Source: Utricularia gibba | Taxonomy: Eukaryota; Plantae; Magnoliophyta | Assembly: GCA_002189035.1 (NCBI GenBank) | Contig: NEEC01000002.1 | Span: forward strand, 930,001-994,000 | Direction of reading: 5' to 3' | Length of the DNA: 64,000 bases | Shown here: piece after piece, positions 27,423 through 39,451 of the stretch | Layout: every line of letters starts with the position of its first letter | Numbering within the stretch: the stretch's first letter is position 1 | The notes under the pieces: model-generated | Seen by the model: only the letters and a program-made list of their open reading frames with translations | What the model was told of the DNA's origin: nothing | Database searches by the model: none | Translations under genes and position numbers: made by a program

Positions 27423-30400
27423 ATGCCAACTGTGGCACCAGAGACCCCTTCATCAAGGGTCAAGAGAACTCCAGCATCTACTCCAGGTGGCTCCTCAAAA
27501 GTCCAGGAGGAGAATATCTTGGTGACTGTTCGAATGAGACCATTGAGTTCCAGGGAACTATCTTCTGGTGATCATGTGGCTTGGGATATCCCTGACGAGC
27601 ATACCATTGTTTCAAAGACCATATGCCATGATCGCAACGCTGGCTCATATATGTTCGGTAAAATTCATTGGCCTTCACGTGCTTCTTTTGTTTGATAAAT
27701 CTATGAGGTGGAGTGATTATGTTTCCCTCAGATAAGGTTTTTGGCCCAACTTGTGCTACCTCAAAAGTTTATGAAGAAGGTGCAAAAGATGTCGCTCTTT
27801 CTGCTCTTACTGGAATTAATGGTAAAATTCCAAAGGAAAACCTATGCTGAAGATCTTTTGGCCCAAATTGCTCTACATCTAGAAGTTACCTTACTTATTT
27901 TATACCTTCCATTTATTGTGGCAGCAACAATATTTGCATATGGGCAGACAAGCAGTGGAAAGACCTTTACCATGCAGGGTGTTACTGAACTTGTCATCAA
28001 GGACATCTACGAACACATCACCTTTGTATATCCACATACTTGTAATAACGATACTTTTTTGCGATTGGCCATGGTTTTTGAAAATCTCGTATCATCATTT
28101 TACAGACCCCAGAGAGGAAGTTTTCAATAAAATTCTCCGCTCTGGAGATCTACAATGAAACTGTTATAGATCTCCTGAACAGAGACGCTGGCTTCCTTCG
28201 CTTGCTGGATGATCATGAGGTAAATGCTTTTCCAGTAATATATAATTTGATCTTGGGGATTTTTTTTCCTTTCTGTAATCTTTTGGTGCATACAGAGAGG
28301 AACAGTTGTTGATAAATTAGCAGAGGTAGTTATTACGGATCCTCAACATGTGAAGCATTTGATAAGTGTGTGTGAAGGTAATGCTCACAACACAGCATTG
28401 TTGCCCTGTGAATATTTTTTTTTAGTACTAGATCCAGCAGTTCTTTTTCACCCATCTACTGGAGGATGGGGAAGAAATTCGAAGTTTCCGTTTTCAGATT
28501 GAAGATTCTGAGTTCATGTATTTAATCTACTTTACTGCAGCACAACGGCAGGTTGGTGAAACTGCCCTGAATGATAAAAGCTCAAGGTCTCATCAGATAA
28601 TCAGGCTGGTGAGTCTGAATTTTCTGCCTTCCTTTTTTTTTTCTTCATTTTCCATGTTACCATATTTTCGTACATTTAGTGAAGATTTCTGCTGTCAAAA
28701 TTTCAGACCATTGAGAGCAGTCTCAGAGAAGAGAAGGACTGTGTGAAATCTTTCCTTGCAAGCTTGGTGGGGGACTGACTTTGCTGTGTTGAATTTCTTT
28801 CTTAAGAATAATCAATCAGAGAAAAGTAATGTTTTATACGTATGCAGAATCTAGTGGATCTTGCGGGTAGTGAGCGAGCTTCTCAAACAAATACCGACGG
28901 GATGAGGTTGAAGGAAGGTAGCCATATCAACAGAAGCCTATTGACATTGGCAACTGTGATAAGAAAACTGAGGTCAGCACTTTAACAAAACTAGTTCAGA
29001 AGCAGATGTTGTTAAGCAATATTTAACATTGTGTCAACTCCAACAGGCATATGCCTCCGTTATGATGTAGTGTAGCATTATTAAATGATCATCTTTTCTT
29101 TTGGTTGCTATGCAGTAGTGGGAACAGATCTGGTCACATTCCTTACAGAGACTCAAAATTAACAAGAATACTGCAAACTTCTCTTGGCGGCAATGCTCGA
29201 ACAGCTATCATTTGCACCCTTAGTCCTGCAATGGTACACTTGGAGCAGACAAGGAATACACTTCTATTTGCGACGAGTGCAAAAGAAGTTAGAAATACTG
29301 CACAAGTAAACATGGTATAAAGCATGGAAGAAGTTTATTTTTACATGATATATGAAGATTTTAACAAACGTGTACTTACTCTTGGCATGTAAATCTAGGT
29401 CATTGAAAAGAAGCAATTGGTAAAGCATCTTCAACAGGAAGTTGCTAGACTCGAAGCGGTGCTCCGAAGCCCTGAAAAGTCTGCTTCTTCTTCATCTTTA
29501 AAGTCATTGCTGAGAGAAAAGGAGTTGAAAATAGAGCAGGTATTGAGGCATTCCCTGCCTCCTTGTGGTTGAGTTATCTATTTTAAGCTATGTTTGGAAA
29601 TATCGATAGAGAAAGATTCTGATGCGAGCTCTTAAACCGCATAGATTACTTTTTCAACAACAAACAGAACTTCAATTTTCAACACATTTTTTTGTCCTCG
29701 CAGATGGAAATAGAGATCAATGAGCTGAAGCGTCAACGAGACCAAGCTCAATCCCAGCTTGATTTTCAAAAAGGCTCGAACAAAGAACAAAAAGTATGCA
29801 CATTTACGCACTATAATTTTCATCTCTATTGCCTGGTGTAAATTTACATCAATGGTTGTTCTTCTCTCAAGGCTTCAGAAAGTCAAGGTCCTTCCTCTCA
29901 TGTTGCAAAGCGCCTCTCTTTCACTGCCGAGAATGATTTACTTCCTGGAAAATCTGCTTCCAATCTGAAGGGCTTAAAAGTATTAAGGAAGTCAACAACT
30001 TCTCCTGACATGCTGGTTAATGAGATAAGGAAACTGGAAATGAGACAAAGACAGCTCGGTGATGAAGCAAATCGTGCACTGGAGCTGCTTCACAAGGAGG
30101 TCACTTCTCAGAAGCTTGGAAGTCAGGAGACTGCAGAAACCATTGCCAAAATGCTATCAGAAATAAAAGCCATACATGCAAATAGTTTTACTCCTGAAGA
30201 TTTTGAGGTAAAGCATAAAGCTTCTTTAAGAGAAGAGATCGCCCGTCTGAACTCCCATGAGAAGGACATCACAATTTTAGAAGAGAAGCTGGAGAATGTG
30301 CAGAGGTCTATTGACAAATTATTGACACACCTCCCAAATGGCGAGGAGACACCAGATTCAAAGACAAATTCGTTGAGAAAGAAAAAAGGCCTACCATTTG

Positions 30401-31626
30401 CCTTGAGCAATGCTGCAAATATGCCGAATATACTAAGATCTCCTTGCTCACCCAAGTCTTCTTGTCAGTTGACAGAAAATGATATTGAGAACAGAGCCCC
30501 AGTGGTCCAAAGGAAGAATGGTACCCCTGGTGGCGAAAATTCTGGTGGCATTTCATCCAGGGAGAATATTGCAGCTCAAAAGCAGTATATCAGCGTCAAC
30601 AAAATGCAGAAGATGTTCAAGAAAGCAACTGAAGATAACATTCAAAGCATTAAAGCCTACGTCACAGAGCTGAAAGAACGAGTTGCCAAGTTACAGTACC
30701 AGAAGCAGCTGCTCGTTTGCCAGGTAAGATTTACTGATGAAAAATTCCTCATTCCTCGTTATAATAAATAGATAATTTGCTGTCCTAAATTCTGAAATGG
30801 TATAATAGCCATCGCTACTAATAAGTAAGCGTAGGAACAAGTATGCTATCTCTTTTTGTTCTCATATTGATATGAGTGCAAATTGCCCCTTAGGTATTGG
30901 AGTTGGAGGAGGCCAAAGAGGATTCATGTGAAGAAGAAGGGAGACCTGATCAATCCCCTGTACCCTGGCATATCTTGGTTGAGCAACAAAGGAAGGAGAT
31001 CATCATGTTGTGGCACGTCTGCCATGTCTCGATTATACACCGTACTCAATTTTACTTGCTATTCAAAGGAGATCCCTCTGATCAGATCTACATGGAAGTG
31101 GAGATCCGAAGACTCAAATGGCTGGAGCAGCATCTGGATGAAGTAGGCAATGCCAGCCCCGCCCTCCTTGGATCCGATCCTCCTTGTTCCGTTGCATCGA
31201 GGTGTGCAAAAAAAAAAAAAAAAAAAACTCCATCTTTATTTGGAAATAGGCCAGTTTCTTCAGATCCACTCACTCTGCTTGTTCTTTGTGTACCATAGCA
31301 TCAAGGCCCTCAAACAAGAAAGGGAGCACCTAGCAAAACGGGTGGGTTCAAAACTGACGGAAGACGAGAGAAATGCACTGTACATGAAATGGAATATCCC
31401 ACACGAAGGGAAGCAGAAAAGGCTTCAGCTGGTGAACAAGCTGTGGACTGATCCCTTAAACATGCAGCATGTTAAGGAAAGCGCTGAGGTAGTAGCTAAG
31501 CTTGTGGGGTTCTGTGAATCAGGGCAACCTCTATCCAAGGAAATGTTTGAGCTTAACTTTGCTCCTCTGTCCGATAAGAAGACATGGATGGGCTGGAATT
31601 TTATATCCAATCTCCTGCAGTTGTAA
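27423..31626 (+). CDS. NACK2: Kinesin-7, NACK2/TETRASPORE type, multi-exon
   Basis: Motor motifs: [63 protein letters not shown]. The tail has [35 protein letters not shown] and ends [16 protein letters not shown], which is closer to remembered NACK2 than NACK1. Confidence 0.88.
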
Positions 31627-32131
31627 CGCTGAAACAACGGAACATCAGAAAATCAAGGTTCTACTTATTCTTGTTTCTGTTTGTGCCTGAGAGTATGCTT
31701 CATTTTTTATATTCATAAATTTATTTTCATGATAGAAATAAACAAAAAAAAAATGTATACTTGAATCTATAAAGCAAACAAACGGATATCAGACATCGAT
31801 GTTTTTATCTTTTTAGGTGGATGAGAATGAGATACAAGAGGTGGACATGATAAGGATTACAATACTTTTGCCTGTGATGCTCTGAAAGTCATTGGATACT
31901 TTTTGACTTTCAAGATCCTGGTTGTAAAATTTGGTCTGTAGTTACGAATGCCAATTGTAGTGCTGATTGGTAAGCTAAAGTGGTGGTGGTGGTGGTCAGG
32001 TCAGCTCCTTGATAAGCTTGCACTGTGCCCGTACTCATTTTTCTTGTGTATACGGTGAATTTGCTCCCTCTTGAAATCCCCCCCGCTCATTCCATTCCAC
32101 CCTCTTGCTGAATCTCACTTCTCAGCTTCTC

Positions 32132-32563
32132 ATGGCTGTTTGTGATCAGTTTGTCGTGTGTGAAGCTGCTCTCATATATTTTGCCATAAGATGCTTCTTT
32201 TCCCTTGCTTTGGACCTCTTCAGCTCTTCAGGAATTTCCTCCGCAGCTCTTCAGGAGACTCTTACCTTAACGACACTAGGAAGGAGCAAGGCTGGGGAAA
32301 TGGAGGATACCGACTCTTCGTGTGCTGTTTGCCTTGATACGCTGAGGACAAGTTGCCAAGTCTGGGAGCTGATAAACTGCAGCCACGTTTTCCATAAGCG
32401 CTGTTTAGAGAAATGGGTGGCTTACGATAGCCGGTTGTCTTGTCCGCTTTGCCGGGCTTGTCTTCTTCCCTCGAGGCCTCCGCCGCCGTGTCCGCGGCCG
32501 GAACACCCGAGCTGGGTGGTGGAGCAAGTGCTTTACTTCTTTGGGGATGATCTGCTTCTGTAG
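32132..32563 (+). CDS. RING-H2 E3 ubiquitin ligase (RHA/BRH1/XERICO-like), intronless
   Basis: C3H2C3 RING CAVCL...NCSHVFHKRCLEKW...CPLCR, a hydrophobic N-terminus and C-terminal PSWVVEQVLYFFGDDL. Confidence 0.88.
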   Translation: MAVCDQFVVCEAALIYFAIRCFFSLALDLFSSSGISSAALQETLTLTTLGRSKAGEMEDTDSSCAVCLDTLRTSCQVWELINCSHVFHKRCLEKWVAYDSRLSCPLCRACLLPSRPPPPCPRPEHPSWVVEQVLYFFGDDLLL

Positions 32564-34008
32564 CTGAGTCCTGTGTCGCTCCGAACGTGGACCCGGTTTA
32601 CCGGTTTCGGGTTGTAGTTCGGATCTCTTTCTCTCTTGAATCTCGACCCTTACAACAAATTCTTTATTTTAAATTAATATATTATTTAAATAATTTATTC
32701 CCTTTTATTTAATTATTAATAAAAATTAAAATTTTGAATTAAAATTTTAAAGATAAAATAGTTTTACAGGAGGAGGGCCCGTTCACGCTAAACCCATTAG
32801 TGTATTGGGCCCATATTGAGCTGAATGTTCTGGGCAGCCCCCAGCTGTGAGGTTGTCCTTCCCCCCCCCTGTAATCTTTTGTCTGTTAACAGTTGGAATT
32901 GAAATCAGTGAAGCTGAACTGCCAAAGGAGATGGCAGATTAATTCGATATGAGGTGATAACTCTGCTGCAAGATGATGATGCATAGGAGGAGGGCAGTGT
33001 GGGTGGGACACTCTGAAGATAGGACACTGGGAACAAGACATGGAAGAGAGTGACGTGTTGGAGGCAGAGCCAAGAGTCCGTGTTCGTGATTGTATTGCAG
33101 CCGTGAGTGTCGTTATCATTTGTTGAGTTGTTCTTCTCAAAGCCTCCATAATTTGCGTTGCGTGTGAAAATTGGCCCGGCCCCCATCAGTCTGTGTGTTG
33201 GCTGGACATGAGAATGGCGGATCTCCGTTGGGTGATGCTTTAATGGTTGTCTCAGGGAGCATGTTAGGGGCAGTTATTGCTTGTTGCGGAGAAGCACAGA
33301 GGGGCGCAATGAAAATAAGATGACGTTTACCCAGAATACGCACAAGCTGTTGGTGTAGAGATGATGGGAGAGAGTATGAAAATGGCAGCCTGACAGCAGA
33401 TACATACAGATGCAGCAAGGACTGATGACTTCATGGTGTGCAGTTTTGGTTGAGGTTGGTCGCCTCTCTTCTCACTCTTCTTCTTCTTCTAACTTTTTCA
33501 TTTTTTGCTTTTCACTAAGGTAAAGATAACTTAGCTGAATTCCTCCTGCGTGTACTCTATGCTGATCATGTGGTGCCTGAGCTCTGCCTCGGCCAAAAAG
33601 GGATAGCCTGGAACCCACATGAGAAGCCTGACAAAGTATGAACCTTTGCCAAAGTAAAAGATTGATGAGATGTGTAACTGCTGACTTACTGGAGGAGTCA
33701 AATCCAGAGAGTTAAATGGAAGGGTACTTGGAAGCCGCCTATTGTTTTCCAGCCTTTCGTCTTCTTACCACCTGTCTATTGCGCCAGCATTCAATTCGAG
33801 ACTGCCCCGCCCCGGTGCATCTTGTTTTCTCAGAGGGAAACACTGAGCTGTCAGCCACCTACCCTATATGTTCGTGCTTAAATTTCTTTAACATGGTATG
33901 AGAATGTTAATTTTAAATTCTCCTGTCTATTCTATTGCTCATGCATGGGGTTTGTCTTCAGTCTCGAACTTTTTGGAAGAGTCCACTTTCCATAAACTTG
34001 TCTCTGCA

Positions 34009-35394
34009 ATGGAAGGGAAGTCCTTGCGCAGTACAGGGCTTGAGTGGAAGGACTTAGCTTTGTACTGTAGGAAGCCTACTGAATTCCAAGAACAGATTTG
34101 CTTTTGTTTTCCGATGTCTTCGTCAGGCAGCAGGGCTTTATGTGGAAATGATCTTGGAACCTGTTCTTCCTCAAAGTACCCCATCTCTTGTGCTGCACAT
34201 GAGTCGACAGTGGCTCACTGCAGAAGCGCATATGAAGATCTCTTCAGTCTGCACAATCTTGGTGGGACACTTGCCTCTCCCCCTGCTTGCTCAACAGGTT
34301 TAAGGCTCAGCAGACCCAGAGCCAAATCCTCTGTTTCTTCCTCCCCGATGAAAAGATCCAGAGCTTCTTATCATAATCTTCAAAACCCCTGTTGCCAAGT
34401 AGAAGGCTGCAACCTCGATCTCAAGTCAGCCAAAGATTATCACCGGAGACATAGGATCTGTGAGAATCACTCTAAGAGCCCAAAGGTTGTCGTTGCTGGA
34501 ATGGAACGCCGGTTTTGCCAACAGTGTAGCAGGTGTGATATCATGATTCTTCTTTATCTCTTTTAGAAAAAGGGGAATTGGGGTCTCAAAATGTCTTTCA
34601 CTTATCACTGTTTTCTGTTTTTCTTGATTCATGAAAGGTTCCATGACTTGTCTGAGTTTGATGACATGAAAAGAAGCTGTAGACGGCGTCTCTCCGATCA
34701 CAACGCCCGGCGGCGTAGAGCTCAGCCTGAGTCCTTCCAGCTTATCTCTCAAGGACTCCCTTCTACCTTTTATGGTTTTCTTTTTTTCTATTCTCCATCG
34801 TTGCTCTTAGATTTTTCATCTCTTAGCCAGTTCTGTAATCATCTCTCTGGGGCAGGTCACAAGATAGAGCATGATTTATTGTTGAATGGACTCCCAATCC
34901 CTCAGACTGGAGCAGTCGATAGGACTCTGTGTTTCTCGGGTGACGAGACACTCCAATCGATCTCCGGAGTTCATCTGGATTCAACTAGAAACATCATGGA
35001 TCAAAGTAAAGAAAACATCATCCCCTCTTCTTCTAAAGTTTTCATTTTCCTTGAACACCATCTTGAGTTCTTGAAACTCTTGGCAGGCTCACAGATGCCC
35101 AACGCCAATTCTCCAATCATACCAGATCTTCTCAGCACCGCTCCCTCTCTTCTGTCATCGAGCCCATGGACTTTGAACGAGAGTGAAACCCATCATGCGC
35201 AGGGCTTGGTTCCAGGGAACTACATTCCAACAATCAGACACTTCGATTCCGAGTCACAACCACTTCCCTTGTTCCATCCAAATCATTCACCAATCTCGGT
35301 ACCCATTCCTCTCATGAATACCATCGCCACCGCCGACCCTCCGCCGGCGTACCGGTTATTTAAATCCGGTAACCTCTTCCTCGGTAATCCATAG
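34009..35394 (+). CDS. SQUAMOSA promoter-binding-like (SBP-box) transcription factor, miR156-targeted type
   Basis: SBP domain CQVEGCNLDLKSAKDYHRRHRICENHSK...RFCQQCSR|FHDLSEFDDMKRSCRRRLSDHNARRR split by intron 34533-34637. The start codon (34009) and downstream exon limits are approximate. Confidence 0.88.
35138..35157 (+). promoter_or_regulatory. miR156/157 target site in the SPL coding region
   Basis: CCGCTCCCTCTCTTCTGTCA versus the miR156 complement GTGCTCACTCTCTTCTGTCA. It pairs fully with miRNA nt 1-13 and mismatches at nt 14, 19 and 20. Confidence 0.8.
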
Positions 35395-37955
35395 TCCATT
35401 GGTGAGTGCCCCCTCGTGTCTGCGCGGAATGAAGAAGCTCTGAGCATCTGTGCCCTTGTTATTTGGTATTTTAAATTTGTATTTTTTCACGTTTTTGAAC
35501 ATTTAAATTAAATACTAAATATTAAACATAAATTCTTATGGGGCCTCACTCTCAGCAATTGGGCCCAATGTATCGTCCAATGAACGAGGCACTGCTACTT
35601 CGGAATGGGCCCAATACGAGGGAGATGGATTAGAATATTCGAGGAATATCTAGGACACTTGGGATATTTAATTTTGAAATATTATTCCAATAATAATTTT
35701 GTTGAAAATTTTTACTTTAAAAATACCAAATATAGAAATATTATTAATAAAATGATTTTTCGAAACCCTCCCGCGAAGAAATCCTAATTAATTACCGGAA
35801 TCCATCCACTAAACCTCTGCTCAGAAGCTCACATTCTGGAAAGCGATAGGATTTCTGTATCGCCATGGATTGATTATTGCTGTAGGTTGATATAGATTTG
35901 TCTCCTTCAGCTGAATCTCTGTTGCTGGTGTTGAAACGCGCTAGATCTGGGTGCGTTCGCTTTGTTTTTTCTGTTGTTGAATTCCATGGGATCGGAGGAC
36001 TCGGGATCAGTTCGTTCGGTTCATCAAACGGCGAGTATTTGCCTATTTTGTGTTGGAGTACACTTTTATATGATTTTATTCCGTTTTTTGTTTCTTTTCT
36101 GGTTATATAACCGCTATATAGCGTTTTATGTGTATTTCAATGGTACTTTGAGCAGTTATTATGATTCATTTGTCATCGGCGATCAAGAGTTATGATGTGA
36201 TTTGCTTACCTTTCAAGAATTCGAGCTCACTGTCTGTGTTTTGGGGATGGTACTGATCAACGATCAGGCGAACTTGCTTTACCCATTGCATATCCATGCT
36301 GGTAAAAACATTAGAGATTGAGTGGTTTTAATATCCTGCTGCCTTTTGTTTGTTGCGCCTAACATAATCACCAATGCATGCCATCAGTGATGGAGTCCGT
36401 GTGATTAGTTCTGGACTCCAGTGGTTCTGAACAAAATGTGATCCATTTTTCTCTGGGAGATTGTTGTCAAGCTGTGATCAACAATGATCACTCGATATTC
36501 CTGCTTTGGGATATACATGTGCTACTTTTTCTTTTGGTGTCGCTTTACATGTTGAAAATACTTAAATTTGTAACGATTTTCATGTTTATAAGCAACAATG
36601 GAATTCTGTGAGCAACTCGTATATAGTGCTTCTCATTTCATGAAGTCGGAAAAAGCCTTGATCCCTTGTCTTTCTCCTCTTCATGCTTACAACCGAAGGT
36701 CTCTGAATCCATCTGCATTTCTTCAGCATACAGAAGAACAGGGAATATCGTCATGTTTATGCAGGTACTAGTCTTCTCTTAGGAATCACATTTTTCAGAT
36801 AGTGATTTTTTTTTTTTAATTTTTAGGCTAGTCGTCCCGCGGAACGGTTGTGCAATCGCGACCGTTGGTCGCGCCGCCAGCGTGAATGTGAATCGTTGAT
36901 TATGGTGGGTCCCACTTAGGATGAGGAAAGCTCATGTCCGAACCGGATGCAGGGGAGTGGGTGTCGTTCGCTGGGGAAAAAATTAATAAAATGGGGGAAA
37001 TTAGGTGGTTAAATTAAATAGATAAAGGCAAAAGTAGGCCGCTGACTGTTCCTTTCTCTCTGCAGACGCTCGTCAGTCATCCATCCCTTCTCTCTCTTCT
37101 CCTCTACTCTTCTACGCCTTTCTCTTCTGCAGCCTGCTTTCTCTATCTAGAACTGGTCTGCGCGTACGACGTCGCTTCGACTCTTCCGTTGCTTTTTTAG
37201 TCGGGGACGAGAGAGGGGCTCAATTTGGGGCTCGTAGCGTTGGTGATCTGCTTTAGAGTCTTGTTGAAGCGGGAAGCAGAATCTGAAAGAGAATAGCCGT
37301 TGATCGAGGTATGTTTCCATGGAGGTTGTCTGAATCGCGAGTTGGATGATTGGATTTTTTTGATCTGTTGTTGAGGGTTACTTGGATTTTTCGCTACTGT
37401 ATTTTGTTTGACGAAGCGAAATCCAGAGGTGGATGAGGTTTTTATCTTTTCTAGGTTTGGGAGGGGAGGTGCTGCGTTGATGATGAATGGGCTGTCTATT
37501 TTGTTCCTCGTTGATTGTATGACAGGTTTGTTGGTCACTGTGAATTGATGTTGGGGTTAGCTGTAGTTGCCCTTATTTTTTTGTTCTTTTTTAGGGGATT
37601 TTATGTGTAGCTAAAGCGGTATGATGGGTCGGTTAAAAGTTGGGGTTATATGAAGCTTGAGTGGTAAAAAGGGGAGTTGTTTGAGATAACAGAAAAACTA
37701 TTCTACTTGTTATAATGGTCGCTTTGCTAGCTGCATTTTATAGTGTTAAAATTGTACGTCCCCGTTTATTTTCAGTTAAATGGTCCCGGGTTATAGAAGG
37801 GTTGTTGATCGTGGATTCTCCTTTCTTTCTCGTAGGCCCATTATGTTGGACATAAGGCGTAGCTTTGTTTTTGTTGTTCTGTTTTTGTAGGTTTTGGAAG
37901 TTTCAGCCTAAACTTGATTCACGGATGGAGATAGTGTAGAGAAGAACTGTGGAAA

Positions 37956-39451
37956 ATGTTGGAGGGTGGCCAAAATTTTGCTGGAATTATTGGCCAAAAT
38001 GATATCTACGACAATTATGATTTCTCGCATAATTTCTATCGCAAGCTAAATGAGGGATCGAACATGTCCATTGATAGTTATGGAAGCTTGCAGTTGACAA
38101 ATGGTGGAGGGTCTGTTGCCATGTCCGTGGACAATAGTAGTGTAGGATCTAATGATTCTCACACTCGAATCCTAGGCCATCAGGGCCTGAGGCATGTCAA
38201 CAACTACTCTGTGGCTGCCAGTGTTAATCGTGGGAGAGTTTCTCATGGACCAAGCAATGATGCGCTTGCACATGCATTGATGGATCCTCGCTATCCTACT
38301 GAAGGGCTTGGATATTATGATGATTGGTCAATTGATTTGGGGAAGCTCAGCATGGGTCATGCTTTTGCTCAGGGTGCATTCGGAAAGCTCTACAGAGGAA
38401 CGTATAATGGTGAAGATGTCGCCATTAAACTACTGGAGAAGCCAGAGAATGATGTGGAGAGGGCACAGTTAATGGAGCAACAATTCCAGCAAGAGGTGAT
38501 GATGTTGTCAAGGTTGAAACACCCCAATATAGTTCGTTTCATTGGGGCATGCCGAAAACCCATGGTCTGGTGTATTGTCACCGAGTACGCCAAGGGTGGT
38601 TCTGTTCGGCAATTCTTGACAAAGCGTCAGAATCGTTCTGTGCCCTTGAAATTGGCTGTGAAACAAGCCTTAGATGTGGCAAGAGGGATGGAATATGTAC
38701 ATGGGCTAAACTTGATTCACAGAGACTTGAAGTCTGATAATCTTCTGATTTCTGCTGACAAGTCCATTAAGATCGCTGATTTTGGAGTTGCACGTATCGA
38801 AGTGCAGACTGAAGGCATGACACCAGAGACTGGAACGTATCGGTGGATGGCACCGTAAGTCATGCCTTGTCTAATTTTTATTTCTGGTCACAACATATAT
38901 CGAATAGCACGTTATTTGAGCTAATTTTACATCTGTGTGCGTCTTCAATATGGTTGGGGTTGAAATGTATGTAGATACAGTTTCTAAATATTGCATAGTA
39001 ATCTGCATTTTGTTTGAATTAGATGAGCCCATGAAAACTTAAGCAATATTTCTGAGAATAAGACCAAGACTTTGTTGCTGGTAAATCTCATATTGTGCTG
39101 TGGAATTGCAGTGAGATGATCCAGCACCGGCCTTACACCCAAAAAGTTGACGTGTACAGCTTTGGTATTGTACTGTGGGAACTCATAACAGGAATGCTCC
39201 CGTTCCAGAACATGACTGCTGTCCAAGCTGCATTTGCTGTTGTGAACAAGGGCGTTCGTCCCGCAATCCCCCATGACTGCCTTCCATCTCTAAGTCGGAT
39301 AATGACCCTCTGCTGGGACGGGAATCCTGATGTCAGACCCTCCTTCGCGGAGGTCGTAAGAATGCTGGAGGTGGCAGATCACGAGATCATGACGACGGTT
39401 CGAAAAGCCCGCTTCAGGTGCTGTATCAGCCAGCCCAGAACCGCGGACTGA
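37956..39451 (+). CDS. STY/Raf-like (MAPKKK-related) protein kinase, 2 coding exons (37956-38854, 39112-39451)
   Basis: N-terminal [20 protein letters not shown]. Kinase motifs [51 protein letters not shown]. It ends [17 protein letters not shown]. Confidence 0.95.

Noticed and set aside
32870-33450. Overlapping minus-strand ORFs of 87-93 aa upstream of the SPL; GGAAGAGAGTGA resembles part of miR156
   Set aside because: No hairpin partner or full mature miRNA sequence, and no recognisable protein.
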